Assembly: GCA_034435455.1 (NCBI GenBank)
Contig: DAOTXL010000137.1
Coordinates: 54,687-118,686 of the forward strand
Direction: 5' to 3'
DNA from: Anaerolineae bacterium
Lineage (GTDB): Bacteria > Chloroflexota > Anaerolineae > JAAYZQ01
Length of the DNA stretch: 64,000 nucleotides
Part shown: positions 32,078 through 42,963 of the stretch, piece by piece
Layout of the letters: each line of letters starts with the position of its first letter
Position numbering within the stretch: position 1 is the stretch's first letter
Made by a program: the position numbers and the translations under genes
Notes under the pieces: model-generated
Seen by the model: only the letters and a program-made list of their open reading frames with translations
Database searches by the model: none
What the model was told of the DNA's origin: nothing

Positions 32078-33355
32078 CTATTTGTCGTCCGCGTCCCCTT
32101 CCCCAGGGGGAAGTGGCAGGTTGGCTGTCGTTTGCAGCAGCCTGGTTGCCTCGCGGGGCATGTAGGTCATCACCAGAGAGTCTGCATCAATGTTCCGCAT
32201 GGCCAGTTGAAGTTGTAGTTTAGCCCCTGCCACAAAAGCCTCATACCCTCCACTCTTGGTCAGATCATGCAGGACATTGGCAATATCGCGGATCCTTTTC
32301 GCCGTGATCTCGGAGTAGGCTGTCTCCACCTTTTCAATGTACCCGGCCTCGCCTGTGCCCAGATATTCGGTCGCCCACCGCTGCCAGGCGGCCTGCCAGC
32401 TTTCGATCCATTGCTGAGTTACTTTGTCGGCGACTCGGATCTGCCCCAATTCGACCTTTAGGATTTTGGCTCCCACCCTGGCGGCGGCGGCATGCAACGC
32501 CTCCTCCAACTCCTGACGGATGACCTGCCGGGGATGCTCCTGTCCCGGCTCTTTCGGCCCGATGAGACGGTCCAGAGGGTAGCGGGCCAGGATGGAGCGG
32601 AGGGTCCCTTCGGTGGCCGAAATGACGATCAGCCCTTTCCAGTCCAGTACCCGGTCGCCCTCGGGGCGGCTGGCCTCTCGGATCCATTTGCTCGTCGAGG
32701 CGATAAAGACGGCGTTGGGGTCCATGGGAAACGGGTTTTTGCCGCTTGGCGGCTCGCCCCCGTCCTGAATCTGCATCATGATATCGGTCTCACACAGGAC
32801 CGGGATCCCTTCCTTACTCATGCCCTCGACCGGGAACTGCCATCGTCCGGGGCGCAGGTCGATAATGTCATAGATCCGCTCAAAAGGCCGGAGCTTGGGA
32901 AAGCCAGGACCCTCCACCCTGGTAAGTCGCCCGCCCCTCTCCAACACCACAGCCGACTCTTTGCGGATAACCATGTTTCCCGGTCCGCCTACCTTGACGA
33001 GCAGGCTGTGCGGATCGTTGACTCGTGAGCTGATCTTGCTTTCCTCGACCAGGATGTAGGGCCTGAAGTTAGCCTGGCCGAACAGGCGATGGACCAGGTA
33101 CCAGAAAACCTCGCGCCTGCTTTTGAGGGCGTACAGCTTTTGCATGAAATTTGTGGATAGAGCCAGGGCTGCCACGATGGCCAGGGTCGCCAGGAGCAGA
33201 GCAGCGGCAAATTTCAGGCCCGGTTGCCATCCTCGGGTGGGCTGCTCTCCTGACTGCAGGGCGATCCAGACCAGCAGCACCCAAACGGCATAGAATGGGA
33301 TGAGCAGGGCCAGGAGACGCCCCCAGAATTTCAAGACACGCTTGAAACTAAACAT
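32078..33355 (-). CDS. SPFH/band-7 (flotillin-like) membrane protein
   Basis: Two N-terminal TM helices then ...VKVGGPGNMVIRKESAVVLERGGRLTRVEGPGF... and a long helical C-terminus. Confidence 0.5.
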   Translation of the reverse strand: MFSFKRVLKFWGRLLALLIPFYAVWVLLVWIALQSGEQPTRGWQPGLKFAAALLLATLAIVAALALSTNFMQKLYALKSRREVFWYLVHRLFGQANFRPYILVEESKISSRVNDPHSLLVKVGGPGNMVIRKESAVVLERGGRLTRVEGPGFPKLRPFERIYDIIDLRPGRWQFPVEGMSKEGIPVLCETDIMMQIQDGGEPPSGKNPFPMDPNAVFIASTSKWIREASRPEGDRVLDWKGLIVISATEGTLRSILARYPLDRLIGPKEPGQEHPRQVIRQELEEALHAAAARVGAKILKVELGQIRVADKVTQQWIESWQAAWQRWATEYLGTGEAGYIEKVETAYSEITAKRIRDIANVLHDLTKSGGYEAFVAGAKLQLQLAMRNIDADSLVMTYMPREATRLLQTTANLPLPPGEGDADDK

Positions 33356-33357
33356 GG

Positions 33358-34887
33358 CTATTCCCCTTGCCTTTTTGCCGATGGGGCGGAGAGCAATAAC
33401 GGCTTCCCTATCGAACGCAGATAGGTCAATTTGGCCCTGGTGTCCTGTTCCAGTTTTATGCCGGGCTTGTTGGCCATACCCTCCAGGGAGGCTACCACGG
33501 CGGCAGCCAGCAGTTCATCGGACATCTCCTCGCCTTCGGCCAGGGTCTCGGCAAGCATCTTGGAGACCGCGATCAGGAGCTCCTGTTCAACTCTGGCTTG
33601 TGCCTGCCCGATGAGGTGTGCCCGTTGGGCGTCCCCTTCTGCCTGCATGGCCATGATCCGGTTCTGCCATTTGGTCCGCCAGTTGGCGATCCGCTGCTGA
33701 ATCAGTTCGTTGTCGGTGGGCAACAGGTTGCTGATGCCGCCGCCCAACACCTCGATGCCAAAGGGTTTCATCGCCTTCCTGAGGCGTGTTACCAGTTCGC
33801 TACGGATTTGGAGGCGGGGGTCGTGCCTGGGGTCGGCAGGGGCGGGTTCCTCGTCAGACTGATAAAGGAGCACAAGGTCATCTGCCGGCCCGTTGATACA
33901 CGGTCCCAGGGCCAGGCACAGATCGTCGAATTTGTAACGGGAGATGATATCTTGCATGATCCGGGTGCCGTGAATTACAACGAGGTCTTCCCAACCGCGT
34001 TTCTGGCCTTGTTCGACAGGCTCGGCGGTGACAGCCTGGAAGATGGCCCGTTTCTGGAATGGAAAAGGTTTGCCCGGCGTGGGTTTCTGGCCGCCCCAGT
34101 GGATGTGAAATGGACAAAAGGTCAGGACCCGTAGGGGAATCCCATCCAGGGTGCGCGCTTCTACCGGAAAGGCCTTGAGCTGTGGCCGGAGGTCTATCAC
34201 CTCCTGGATCACCTCAAAGCGGCCGGTGAAGGTCAGGCCCGGCTCGTCTGGCACTTTGATGTTGCTGCCATCGGTGATCACGGCGAGGTGATCGCAATCG
34301 GTCATGGCGATCCCCGGCCCACAAAAGAAGGACTTGTAGGGGCTGCCATCCACCCGTTTCTCCAGTTCCCGATCATTCATGACATAGTAGGGGTAATTGG
34401 TACCGAGGGAGAAGGTGAGCAGGCTGTGGAAGGCCTCATCCCGTTGGCTGCTGTCGCGTAGTGGCAACAAGAAACCGGAGAATAAGTAAAGCGCCCCCCA
34501 AAACAGGAGGCCGGTTGCCAGGGCAATGAGGAGAGCTCCGGTGCTGCCGGCGATCCAGTATCCCACCGCCCCGCTCAGACACAAGCCCAGCCACAGCCCG
34601 CTTATCAGCCAGGCCCCTTTCCGTTGGCCCAGCTTGCGGCCCACCACCGCTCCGAGCAGCTCAACCACCCCGATGGCGACCAGCAATCCGGGCCAGCCGG
34701 CCAGCCAGGTGCCCAAGATACACAAGCCGGCGGCGATGGCCGCTGCGCCGGCAAGCAGGATCAGGCCGCAACCTCTTTGCAGAAAGAGGCCCAGGAGTGC
34801 CGCTCCCAAGATCATGAAGGCAGCGAGGCCTGCTTCGGCAAAAATGAGATCATCCATTCTGTAGCCTTCTGGACAGGTCATCCGCAC
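33358..34887 (-). CDS. SPFH/flotillin-like membrane protein, paralog of 32078..33355
   Basis: 4-5 TM N-terminus; FFCGPGIAM...VPDEPGLTFTG parallels the GPG..GPGF region of its neighbour. C-terminal coiled coil with EA-type repeats. Confidence 0.5.
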   Translation of the reverse strand: MRMTCPEGYRMDDLIFAEAGLAAFMILGAALLGLFLQRGCGLILLAGAAAIAAGLCILGTWLAGWPGLLVAIGVVELLGAVVGRKLGQRKGAWLISGLWLGLCLSGAVGYWIAGSTGALLIALATGLLFWGALYLFSGFLLPLRDSSQRDEAFHSLLTFSLGTNYPYYVMNDRELEKRVDGSPYKSFFCGPGIAMTDCDHLAVITDGSNIKVPDEPGLTFTGRFEVIQEVIDLRPQLKAFPVEARTLDGIPLRVLTFCPFHIHWGGQKPTPGKPFPFQKRAIFQAVTAEPVEQGQKRGWEDLVVIHGTRIMQDIISRYKFDDLCLALGPCINGPADDLVLLYQSDEEPAPADPRHDPRLQIRSELVTRLRKAMKPFGIEVLGGGISNLLPTDNELIQQRIANWRTKWQNRIMAMQAEGDAQRAHLIGQAQARVEQELLIAVSKMLAETLAEGEEMSDELLAAAVVASLEGMANKPGIKLEQDTRAKLTYLRSIGKPLLLSAPSAKRQGE

Positions 34888-34965
34888 CTGTCCGACTGCC
34901 GAAACGTGGGCTGAGAGTTGATGGCACAGTCAACTATTCCGCGTTCTATTATACCACAGATCGGC

Positions 34966-35001
34966 CCAAAAACCAACTTGGGCCCCACACGGTTGGGCCC
35001 A
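34966..35001 (-). terminator. Rho-independent terminator (UUGGGCCC-N9-GGGCCCAA + U5)
   Basis: Perfect 8-bp stem then GUUGGUUUUUGGG on the minus strand, downstream of 35012..36748. Confidence 0.45.
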
Positions 35002-35011
35002 ACCCGGCCCT

Positions 35012-36748
35012 TCACACCCTCACCTGAAAGTCGCGCAGGATGCTCCCCCCCACAAACTCGCGCAGGATCGAATTGTCCGGCACCAGGTCCGGCGTCAGCG
35101 GCTCGAACCAGTCCAAAAAGGCCAGCAGCCGCTTGGCCTCCACATAGGCCCGGCTGCCCGGCCTGACCTGCAACAGCAGCGGCTCGGCCAGCGGCTTGAG
35201 CACCGCCAGTTCGTAGACCAGCGCCGAGTTGAACATCCCGTCGGCATGTTCCTGAAAGGGAAAAATCCACCGCTTCTCGCCGCGCCGCACGCTCTCCCAC
35301 CGCTCAATCGTCTGTTGCGCCGAATAGCCCCGCTGTGCTGCATCTCGCACGATCCGCCGCAGCAGGCGCGTGTCGGTCGTGGGCACCCGGTTGTGCTTGT
35401 CTATGTTGAGCTGGGTCAGCGCCGAAACATAGACCCGATAGGTCCGCTCCGGCGGGATGTTGGGCACCAGGGCGGGGTTCAACCCGTGGATCCCTTCCAC
35501 CAGGATGATGTGATCGGGCCGCAATTGGACCCTCTCCCCCGCCTCCCGCCGACCGGTCTGAAAGTTGTAGTGGGGCAGGGTCACCTCCTGCCCGTCCAGC
35601 AGCCGCAGCAGATGATCGTTGAACAGCGCCACCTCCAGCGCGCCCAACGATTCAAAATCGTACTGCCCCTGCTCATCGCGGGGGGTCTTGTCCCGGTCCA
35701 CGAAATAGTTGTCCAGTTCCAGGGCAAAGGGCCGCAGCCCGTTGGCCAGCAACTGGATGCTCAGCCGCTTGCTAAAGGTGGTCTTGCCCGACGATGACGG
35801 CCCGGCGATGAGCACCAGCCGCACCTTCGCCCCGCGTGTATTCTCCCACCGGGCGGCGATGTCGGCGGCGATGCGGGCCACCCGCTGCTCGTGGAGCGCT
35901 TCAGAGACCAGCACCACCTCGCGCACCCGTTCGCCAGCAATCGCTTCGTTGAGGGCGCCCACATCGGGGACCCCCATCAGTTCCAGCCACTCCCCATACT
36001 CGCGAAAGACCCCCACCAGCCTGGGATAATCCACAAAGGGATGGAGGTACATCGGCGGGTCGCTGCGGGGGAAGCGCAGGATAAAGCCGGGCGGATAGTC
36101 TTGCAAGCCAAAGACGCTCAGATAGCCGGTAGAGGGAACCATATAGCCATGAAAATAGTCGCGGAGGCCGCGCAACTGGTAGAGAGTCAGGAAATCTTTG
36201 CGCCGGTGCCGTAGTAACCGTACCTTGTCGTGGTCCCCCCGCGCTTCAAAGAGGGCAATGGCCTCGTTCAGCGGCACCCGCTCTTTGCGGATCGGTTCGT
36301 CGGCGGCCACGATCTCCCTCATGCGACCTTCGATCCGGGCCAGTTCATCGGCGGTAAAGGGCTCGCGGCCGCGCACCTGGCAAAAGTAGCCGCCGAAGGT
36401 CAGGGAGTGGTCCACATAGACCGTTGCCTCCGGAAACAGCTCGTGGACGGCCGTCACCAGGAGAAAGGTCAGCGAGCGGCGGTAGATGCGAAAGCCATCG
36501 CTCTCGGCCATGGTGATGGGCGTCACCTCGATGTCTTTTTCGACCCGGTAGGTCAGTTCGCGCAGTTCGTTGTCAATCAGAGCGGCAACGGTGGGGGCAG
36601 TGGGGTCCGAGCCGGCCGCCCGGACAAACTCTTCCAGCGGCGTGCCGACCGGCCCCTCGAACACACGCCCGTCGTCGAACCAGACCTGCACCGTGTCGCG
36701 GGGCTGCGCCAAATGGATTCTAGACCCCAGATTGCCTGTTCCTTGCAT
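35012..36748 (-). CDS. TGS-domain + uridine-kinase/PRK-family P-loop kinase
   Basis: VQVWFDDGRVFEGPVGTPL (TGS/ThrRS-N like), LIAGPSSSGKTTF Walker A and ILVEG motifs. Start at MQGTGN with an AAGGGGCAGG RBS; the track ORF's N-terminal extension is repeat-encoded. Confidence 0.7.
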   Translation of the reverse strand: MQGTGNLGSRIHLAQPRDTVQVWFDDGRVFEGPVGTPLEEFVRAAGSDPTAPTVAALIDNELRELTYRVEKDIEVTPITMAESDGFRIYRRSLTFLLVTAVHELFPEATVYVDHSLTFGGYFCQVRGREPFTADELARIEGRMREIVAADEPIRKERVPLNEAIALFEARGDHDKVRLLRHRRKDFLTLYQLRGLRDYFHGYMVPSTGYLSVFGLQDYPPGFILRFPRSDPPMYLHPFVDYPRLVGVFREYGEWLELMGVPDVGALNEAIAGERVREVVLVSEALHEQRVARIAADIAARWENTRGAKVRLVLIAGPSSSGKTTFSKRLSIQLLANGLRPFALELDNYFVDRDKTPRDEQGQYDFESLGALEVALFNDHLLRLLDGQEVTLPHYNFQTGRREAGERVQLRPDHIILVEGIHGLNPALVPNIPPERTYRVYVSALTQLNIDKHNRVPTTDTRLLRRIVRDAAQRGYSAQQTIERWESVRRGEKRWIFPFQEHADGMFNSALVYELAVLKPLAEPLLLQVRPGSRAYVEAKRLLAFLDWFEPLTPDLVPDNSILREFVGGSILRDFQVRV

Positions 36749-37094
36749 CCTGCCCCTTGCCTCTCGCAACTTGCAACTTGCCTCTCGTATCTTGCCCCTT
36801 GCCCCTTGCCTCTTGCAACTTGCCTTCTTGCAGGAGCCAGCGGGCGATGAAGAGGAACAGCAGGGCGATGAGGCTGCCTTCCACGACCCGCACCTGGCCA
36901 ATGGTCCACGGGATGAGGTTCAGCAGTGGGCCGGCGATCTGACCGGCGGCAAAACCGACCACGGCTGCCAGCCAGTAGAACAAGAGATCGCGCCACCGGC
37001 GGCCCTGCCACAGGTAAAAGAGCGCGGCATAGATCGAAGCCAGAAGGAGCGAAAAGATCAAAGCCGGCGGTTGCGGCATGATTTTCATCGTCAA
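36720..37094 (-). CDS. Small membrane protein with a repeat-encoded charged tail
   Basis: Three predicted TM helices. The C-terminus ([26 protein letters not shown]) is translated from the GGCAAGGGG repeat array; the start overlaps the mnmA stop (ATGA). Confidence 0.35.
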   Translation of the reverse strand: MTMKIMPQPPALIFSLLLASIYAALFYLWQGRRWRDLLFYWLAAVVGFAAGQIAGPLLNLIPWTIGQVRVVEGSLIALLFLFIARWLLQEGKLQEARGKGQDTRGKLQVARGKGQDARNRQSGV

Positions 37095-38164
37095 CCATCC
37101 ATCGTCAATCGAATAATCCCCCCACCGAGCACCTCGTCGCCCTGGTAGGCGACCACCGCCTGGCCGGGGGTGATGTCCCGCAGCGGGGTATCGAACTCGA
37201 CTCTGGCGCGTGGACCATCCAGCGGCACCCAGGTCGCATGGGCCAGCACGGCCTTGTAGCGGATCTTGGCCTGGACGCGCAGCGGGCCGCCCGGCGGTTC
37301 TCCATTGACATAACTGACCTCCTCGGCCAGCAGAGACCGGCGCCCCAGTTCCCGTGCCGGACCGACGATGAGGGCGTTGTGCTCCACATCCAGGCGGAGG
37401 ACGTACAGCGCCTCTGCGGCGGCGATCCCCAGGCCTTTCCGCTGGCCGACGGTGTAGAACGGCAGGCCCTGATGCTGCCCGATCTCCCGGCCGGTTGTAT
37501 CGAGGATGGGGCCGGGGCGCACGGCCATGGGCGCGTGTTGGCGCAGGAACCGCCGGTAATCGTCATCGGCGATGAAGCACAACTCCATGCTCTCCTCCCG
37601 TTCGGCCACCGGCAGGCCGCGCCGGGCCGCGATCTCCCGCACCTGGGTTTTGGTCAGGCCCCCGACGGGGAACAGCACGCGGCGCAGTTCCTCTTGCCCC
37701 AGCATATAGAGCACATACGACTGGTCTTTCTGCGGGTCAACGCCCATCCGCAGCCGGTAGCGGCCGTCGGCCCGATCCACCCGCGCATAGTGTCCCGTCG
37801 CCAGATAGTCGGCGTCGAGAGCCTGGGCGTGGCGCAGCAGGCGGCCAAAGCGGATAGAACGGTTGCAGGCCAGGCAGGGGTTCGGCGTCTGCCCCCGGCT
37901 GTACTCGGCGATAAAATAGTCCACCACGCAGGCCCGGAACTCGGCCTCATAGTTGACCAGGTAGAAAGGGATGCCCAGTTGCGCCGCCACGCGGCGGGCG
38001 TCGTCCACCGCCTGGGGCGCACAGCAGCGGTTCTGCCCTTCGGCCCACAGGCGCATCATCACCCCGACAACCTCATAGCCCTGTTCCACCAGGAGGGCAG
38101 CCGCCACGGAGCTATCCACGCCGCCGCTCATGGCCACGACGACCCGGCTTCTGCTAGCTGCCAC
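37091..38164 (-). CDS. mnmA: tRNA-specific 2-thiouridylase
   Basis: [17 protein letters not shown]-loop and [10 protein letters not shown] motifs. GTG start after a GGAAGGAAGG RBS; a TTG start at 38194 is possible. Confidence 0.85.
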   Translation of the reverse strand: MAASRSRVVVAMSGGVDSSVAAALLVEQGYEVVGVMMRLWAEGQNRCCAPQAVDDARRVAAQLGIPFYLVNYEAEFRACVVDYFIAEYSRGQTPNPCLACNRSIRFGRLLRHAQALDADYLATGHYARVDRADGRYRLRMGVDPQKDQSYVLYMLGQEELRRVLFPVGGLTKTQVREIAARRGLPVAEREESMELCFIADDDYRRFLRQHAPMAVRPGPILDTTGREIGQHQGLPFYTVGQRKGLGIAAAEALYVLRLDVEHNALIVGPARELGRRSLLAEEVSYVNGEPPGGPLRVQAKIRYKAVLAHATWVPLDGPRARVEFDTPLRDITPGQAVVAYQGDEVLGGGIIRLTMDG

Positions 38165-39110
38165 CTTCCTTCCTTCCCGGCGTATCCCCGGCAAACAGCC
38201 ACCCTTCGAGTTGACGCAGGCGCGCCGTGCCCTTTATCTCCTCGGCAAAGAGGGGCAGGCGGGTGATGGCCATCCGCCCGTCGTATTCGGCCTTCAGCAG
38301 GTCCAGGTAAGGGCGTTGCATCGCCTGGCGGCGGCGCAGGAATTCAGAATCGGCCTGAAGGACCACATGGTTGACGATCAGGTGGTGGATTTCCAGGCCC
38401 ACGCGGGCAAAATCCTGTACCAGCCGCCGCGCCTGGTAGACGCCCAGCGCTTCGGGGATGGTCACCAGAATAAACTCGGCGTGGGCCGGGTTGCGAAAGA
38501 AATCGGCGATCTCTTGCGACAGCGCCCGCCAACTGTCAATCAGCTCCAGGAAGGGCACCTTTTTGAGCTGGAGCTTGTCGCGCACGTTCAGGTACACCCT
38601 GGGCGCGGCCCGCAGGTGGTTCAGGAACTTGTAGGGCAATTCCAGCAGGCGCAGGGTATCGCCGGCGGGGGCGGTGTCCCACACCACCAGGTCGTAGCGG
38701 CCGTCGCGCACCCGTTCCAGGATGAAATCGAGCATAAACTCCTCCTGGATGCCGGGGGCCAGGCCGACATAATCCACCACCTCGTCGTAGGGCATGTCCA
38801 CGAACACCTGCGACGCCGCATAGATTTCGGGGCCGAATTTGTGCTTCCAGCGGCGCATGACCTCGTCAGGGCTGATCTCCAGCCCCCACAGGTTGGGCAC
38901 GCCGGGGATCGGGGTCTCGACGGCACCGATGTCGGTCTCCAGGATGTCCGACAGGGAGGGGGTCAGATCGCTGGACAGGACCAGCGTCCGCCGGCCGGCC
39001 AGGGCAAAGTGCACAGCCGTGGCTGCCGACGTCGTGGTCTTGCCGACGCCACCCTTGCCGCCGAACATCAGCACCCGCTTGTGGGTTTGGTCTAGCGATG
39101 AAAGGGACAT
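38154..39110 (-). CDS. ArsA/Get3-family anion-transporting ATPase
   Basis: [18 protein letters not shown]-loop and [12 protein letters not shown] motifs. A TGgTATACT -10 lies 7 nt upstream of the ATG, suggesting a leaderless transcript. Confidence 0.7.
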   Translation of the reverse strand: MSLSSLDQTHKRVLMFGGKGGVGKTTTSAATAVHFALAGRRTLVLSSDLTPSLSDILETDIGAVETPIPGVPNLWGLEISPDEVMRRWKHKFGPEIYAASQVFVDMPYDEVVDYVGLAPGIQEEFMLDFILERVRDGRYDLVVWDTAPAGDTLRLLELPYKFLNHLRAAPRVYLNVRDKLQLKKVPFLELIDSWRALSQEIADFFRNPAHAEFILVTIPEALGVYQARRLVQDFARVGLEIHHLIVNHVVLQADSEFLRRRQAMQRPYLDLLKAEYDGRMAITRLPLFAEEIKGTARLRQLEGWLFAGDTPGRKEGGS

Positions 39111-39217
39111 GCTGCCAGTATACCACAAAAAGGCGGGATGGTAAACATGAGCACTATAATTTGACAAATGGCCCGCTTCATTGTATACGCACAGCAAACG
39201 GTTTTTGCGAGGACAAG

Positions 39218-39877
39218 ATGACCAAACGCCTGGTGCTCGTTGCCGGGAACATCGGCACGGGCAAGACCTCTCTGACGGAGAGGTTGGGGGCGCGCCTGGG
39301 CTGGCGCACCGCCTTCGAGTCGGTGGCCGACAACCCCTATCTGGCCGACTTTTATGCCGATATGCGCCAGTGGTCGTTCCATCTGCAGGTGTTTTTCCTG
39401 GGCCACCGCGCCCGGCAACATCTGGAGCTGGCGCGCTGCCCCGAATCGGCCATCGCCGACCGCAGCATCTACGAAGACGCCCACATCTTTGCCCGCGCCC
39501 TGTACCACCTGGGCAACCTGAGCGAGCGCGATTATCGGGCCTACCGCCACGTGTTTGACCTGGTGGTGAGCGGCCTGCCCCGCCCCGACCTGCTGCTCTA
39601 CCTGCAGGCCCCGGTTCCGGTGCTCATGGAGCGCATTAACCGGCGCGGCCGGGCCATCGAAAGCGGCATCACCGCCGACTATCTGACGCTGTTGGAGACC
39701 TTTTACGGCGAGTGGCTGCGCACCTTCGACCTGTGCCCGGTGCTGACCATTCGCACCGATGACCTGGACTTTGTCCACAAAACCCGCCACCTGGACACCG
39801 TCGTGCAGCGCATCCAGGAGCGGCTGGCGGGCAGGGAAGAGGTGATCCTGGCGAATGAAGGGGCCAGACCCGGTTAA
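39218..39877 (+). CDS. Deoxynucleoside kinase (dNK/dGK/dCK family)
   Basis: LVLVAGNIGTGKTSL and ESVADNPYLADFY motifs plus an ERS-like SERDYRAY region. TTGACA-N17-TATACG promoter at 39156-39186. Confidence 0.8.
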   Translation: MTKRLVLVAGNIGTGKTSLTERLGARLGWRTAFESVADNPYLADFYADMRQWSFHLQVFFLGHRARQHLELARCPESAIADRSIYEDAHIFARALYHLGNLSERDYRAYRHVFDLVVSGLPRPDLLLYLQAPVPVLMERINRRGRAIESGITADYLTLLETFYGEWLRTFDLCPVLTIRTDDLDFVHKTRHLDTVVQRIQERLAGREEVILANEGARPG

Positions 39878-40024
39878 CGGGCCTGGCCTCTGAGGGCTGG
39901 TCTGAAAAGGGGACCGCAAAGGCCAAGATCGAAGGAACAAAAAGGAATAGCCCCAAACCCTTGATGTCCTTCGTGTCCTTGGTGGTTTTCAGACCAGATC
40001 TGACCGACCAGGAGGGCCCTTGGG

Positions 40025-41209
40025 TTAGCCGCCGTACAGCGGGCTTATGCGGCGCAGCTTGGCGACGATATCGGGCAGGATCTCCAGCACGTAATCAATC
40101 TCTTCTTCGGTGTTCTCCCTGCCCAGCGTCAGCCGCAGCGAGCCGTGGGCCACCTCGTGCGGCAGGCCCATGGCCGTCAGCACGTGCGACGGCTCCAGCG
40201 AAGCGCTGGTACAGGCCGATCCGCTGCTGGCCGCCACGCCCATCAGGTCCAGGTTGAGCAGGATCGATTCCCCCTCGATATACCGAAAGACGAAACTGGC
40301 GCTGTTGGGTAGCCGCTGCGTCGGATGGCCGGTCAGTTGGCTGTCGGGGATGCGGTCCAGCACCCCGGCAATCAGCCGATCGCGCAGGCGGGCGATGCGG
40401 GCATTGGCCTCTTCCGCCTCGTCGTAGGCCAGCCGTAGGGCCGTGGCCAGGCCGACGATATACGCCACATTTTCGGTGCCGGCGCGCCGGCCGCGCTCAT
40501 GGCCGCCACCGGTCTGCATCGGCAAAAAGTGAACCCCTTTGCGGGCGTAGAGCAGGCCGATCCCTTTGGGGCCGTAGAACTTGTGCGCCGATAGCGACAG
40601 CAGGTCCACATTCAGCGCCTTCACATCCAGGCTGAGGGTGCCGCCGGCCTGGACGGCGTCGGTGTGGAACGGCACCTTGTGGGCGCGGGCAATGGCGCCG
40701 ATCTCGGCAATCGGCTCGATGGTGCCCACTTCGTTGTTGGCGTACATGATGCTGATGAGGGCTGTGTCGGGCCGGATCGCCTTTTCCACATCGGCCGGGT
40801 CCACCAGGCCGTGGCTGTCCACCGGCACATAGCTCACCTCGAAGCCGAAATATTTGACCAGTTGCTCGACGGTGTGGCCGATGGCATGGTGCTCAATGGG
40901 CGAGGTGATGAGGTGGTTCTTCCTGGCGCTGTGGCGCCGCTCCAGGGCCACGCCGCGCACGGCCAGGTTGTCGCTTTCGGTGCCGCAACTGGTAAAGATG
41001 ACCTCGGTAGGCGCGCAGTTCAGGATCTCGGCCACCGTCTGCCGGGCCTGGTCCAGCGCCTGGTGGGCTTCGCGCCCCAGGGCATAGATGCTCGACGGAT
41101 TGCCATATTTTTCCGTCCAGAAGGGCAACATCGCCTCCACCACCCGCGGGTCCACGGCGGTCGTGGCCGCGTGATCCAGGTAAACAAGCCGTTTGGTTCG
41201 GTTCTCCAT
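40025..41209 (-). CDS. iscS: Cysteine desulfurase (NifS/IscS class V aminotransferase)
   Basis: SAHKFYGPKGIGLLY PLP-lysine region and the SSGSACTS active-site loop. Confidence 0.85.
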   Translation of the reverse strand: MENRTKRLVYLDHAATTAVDPRVVEAMLPFWTEKYGNPSSIYALGREAHQALDQARQTVAEILNCAPTEVIFTSCGTESDNLAVRGVALERRHSARKNHLITSPIEHHAIGHTVEQLVKYFGFEVSYVPVDSHGLVDPADVEKAIRPDTALISIMYANNEVGTIEPIAEIGAIARAHKVPFHTDAVQAGGTLSLDVKALNVDLLSLSAHKFYGPKGIGLLYARKGVHFLPMQTGGGHERGRRAGTENVAYIVGLATALRLAYDEAEEANARIARLRDRLIAGVLDRIPDSQLTGHPTQRLPNSASFVFRYIEGESILLNLDLMGVAASSGSACTSASLEPSHVLTAMGLPHEVAHGSLRLTLGRENTEEEIDYVLEILPDIVAKLRRISPLYGG

Positions 41210-41214
41210 CTTCC

Positions 41215-42156
41215 TTACCTCACTCCTTTATCTGCGGCCTGGTCAAACAGCCCGGTGCTGAGATACCGCTCGCCGGTGTCGGGCAGCACCACCACCACCG
41301 TCTTGTCCTCTCCCAGACGAGATGCTACCTGGAGCGCTGCCCAGGCGGCTGCGCCGGAGGAGATGCCGGCCAGAATGCCCTCTTCGCGGGCCAGGCGGCG
41401 GGCCGTTTCGGCGGCGTCGTGGTTGCTCACGCACACGATCTCGTCAATGATGCCGGTGTTGAGCACCTCCGGGATAAACCCCGCTCCGATACCCTGGATC
41501 GGGTGCTTCCCAGGCGAGCCGCCCGACAGGACCGGGGAGTCGGCCGGCTCCACGGCGACGATCCAGACGCCGGGGAGCGTATCCTTGAGGATCTCCCCTA
41601 CCCCGGTGATGGTCCCGCCGGTGCCTACACCGCCGACAAAGGCATCCACCCGGCCCACCTGGGCCAGGATCTCGGCGGCGGTGGTGCGGCGGTGCACCTC
41701 CGGGTTGGCCGGGTTCTGGAACTGTTGGGGCATAAAGTAGCCGTGATCGCGGACCAGTTCTTCTGCCCTGGCGATGGCGCCTTTCATCCCCTCCGCGCCG
41801 GGGGTCAGGATCAGCTCGGCGCCGTAGGCCTGGAGCAGTGTCCGACGCTCCAGGCTCATCGTCTCGGGCATGACCAGGAGCAGGCGGTAGCCCTTGACGG
41901 CGGCCACCATCGCCAGGCCGATGCCGGTGTTGCCGCTCGTCGGTTCGACAATGACATCGCCGGGCCGGAGCACGCCGGCTTCCTCGGCGGCCTCGATCAT
42001 CGCCAGGGCGATGCGGTCCTTGACGCTGCCGCCGGGGTTGGCCCGTTCCAGCTTGGCCCACACCGCCGCACTGCGGGGCGGTGGCAGGCGGCGCAACCGC
42101 ACCACCGGCGTGTTGCCGATCAGGTCCAGGACGGTTTCTGCTTTGACCGCTTTCAT
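41215..42156 (-). CDS. cysK: Cysteine synthase (O-acetylserine sulfhydrylase)
   Basis: [10 protein letters not shown] and [10 protein letters not shown] motifs and the TSGNTG PLP loop; GAGAGGAAG RBS. The upstream 196-aa extension in the track ORF was rejected. Confidence 0.85.
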   Translation of the reverse strand: MKAVKAETVLDLIGNTPVVRLRRLPPPRSAAVWAKLERANPGGSVKDRIALAMIEAAEEAGVLRPGDVIVEPTSGNTGIGLAMVAAVKGYRLLLVMPETMSLERRTLLQAYGAELILTPGAEGMKGAIARAEELVRDHGYFMPQQFQNPANPEVHRRTTAAEILAQVGRVDAFVGGVGTGGTITGVGEILKDTLPGVWIVAVEPADSPVLSGGSPGKHPIQGIGAGFIPEVLNTGIIDEIVCVSNHDAAETARRLAREEGILAGISSGAAAWAALQVASRLGEDKTVVVVLPDTGERYLSTGLFDQAADKGVR

Positions 42157-42953
42157 CCGCTTGCTTCCTCTCTTCTGGCCGCTGTCCCCAGGCAGGCAGG
42201 GGACGGCGGTTCGTCCCGATGGGCCGGGGGAGCCTGGGTCAGGTCCCGCACCTGTTTTTCCAGGGATTCGACCCGTTCTACCAGGCATTTGAGCGTCTCT
42301 ATGACGGGGTCGGGCAGGCGGCTGTGGTCCAGGGGGTCGGTTCGCTGCTCCAGCCGGCAGCCGTTGAGGCGCACCACCCGGCCGGGCACGCCGACGACCG
42401 TTGCCCCCGGCGGTACCGACTCGATGACCACCGACCCGGAACCGACCTTGGCTCCGTCGCCTACGGTGATGTTGCCCAGGATCACAGCGTGGGAGCCGAT
42501 GACCACCCCGTTGCCGATGGTGGGGTGGCGCTTGGTGCGCTCCGACGACGTGCCGCCCAGGATAGCGCCGGTGTACATCAGCACATCGTCGCCCACCTCG
42601 GCCGTCTCGCCGATCACCACCCCGGCCCCGTGGTCCACAAAGAACCTGCGTCCAATGCGCGCTCCGGGGTGGATCTCGATGCCGGTCAGGAACCGGTTGA
42701 GATGGGATACGATCCGGGCCAGGGTCAGGTGGTTGCGGTTCCACAGGCCGTGGGCGATGCGGTGCAGCCAGCAGGCGTGTAGCCCTGGATAGCAGGTCAG
42801 CACCTCGACCAGGCTGCGCGCCGCCGGGTCCTTGCGGTAAATGGTCTGGATGTCCTCGCGCAGCAGCTCCAGCCAGCGGCCAGGATGTCCTGCCCTGCGC
42901 TTCGCCTGCGCCCTGGCGCTATCTCGGTCCAGCGTTCCTACCATTTCCCCCAT
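42153..42953 (-). CDS. cysE: Serine O-acetyltransferase
   Basis: Hexapeptide-repeat core ([30 protein letters not shown]...); its stop overlaps the cysK start (ATGA). Confidence 0.8.
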   Translation of the reverse strand: MGEMVGTLDRDSARAQAKRRAGHPGRWLELLREDIQTIYRKDPAARSLVEVLTCYPGLHACWLHRIAHGLWNRNHLTLARIVSHLNRFLTGIEIHPGARIGRRFFVDHGAGVVIGETAEVGDDVLMYTGAILGGTSSERTKRHPTIGNGVVIGSHAVILGNITVGDGAKVGSGSVVIESVPPGATVVGVPGRVVRLNGCRLEQRTDPLDHSRLPDPVIETLKCLVERVESLEKQVRDLTQAPPAHRDEPPSPACLGTAARREEASG

Positions 42954-42963
42954 TCGCCCACTT

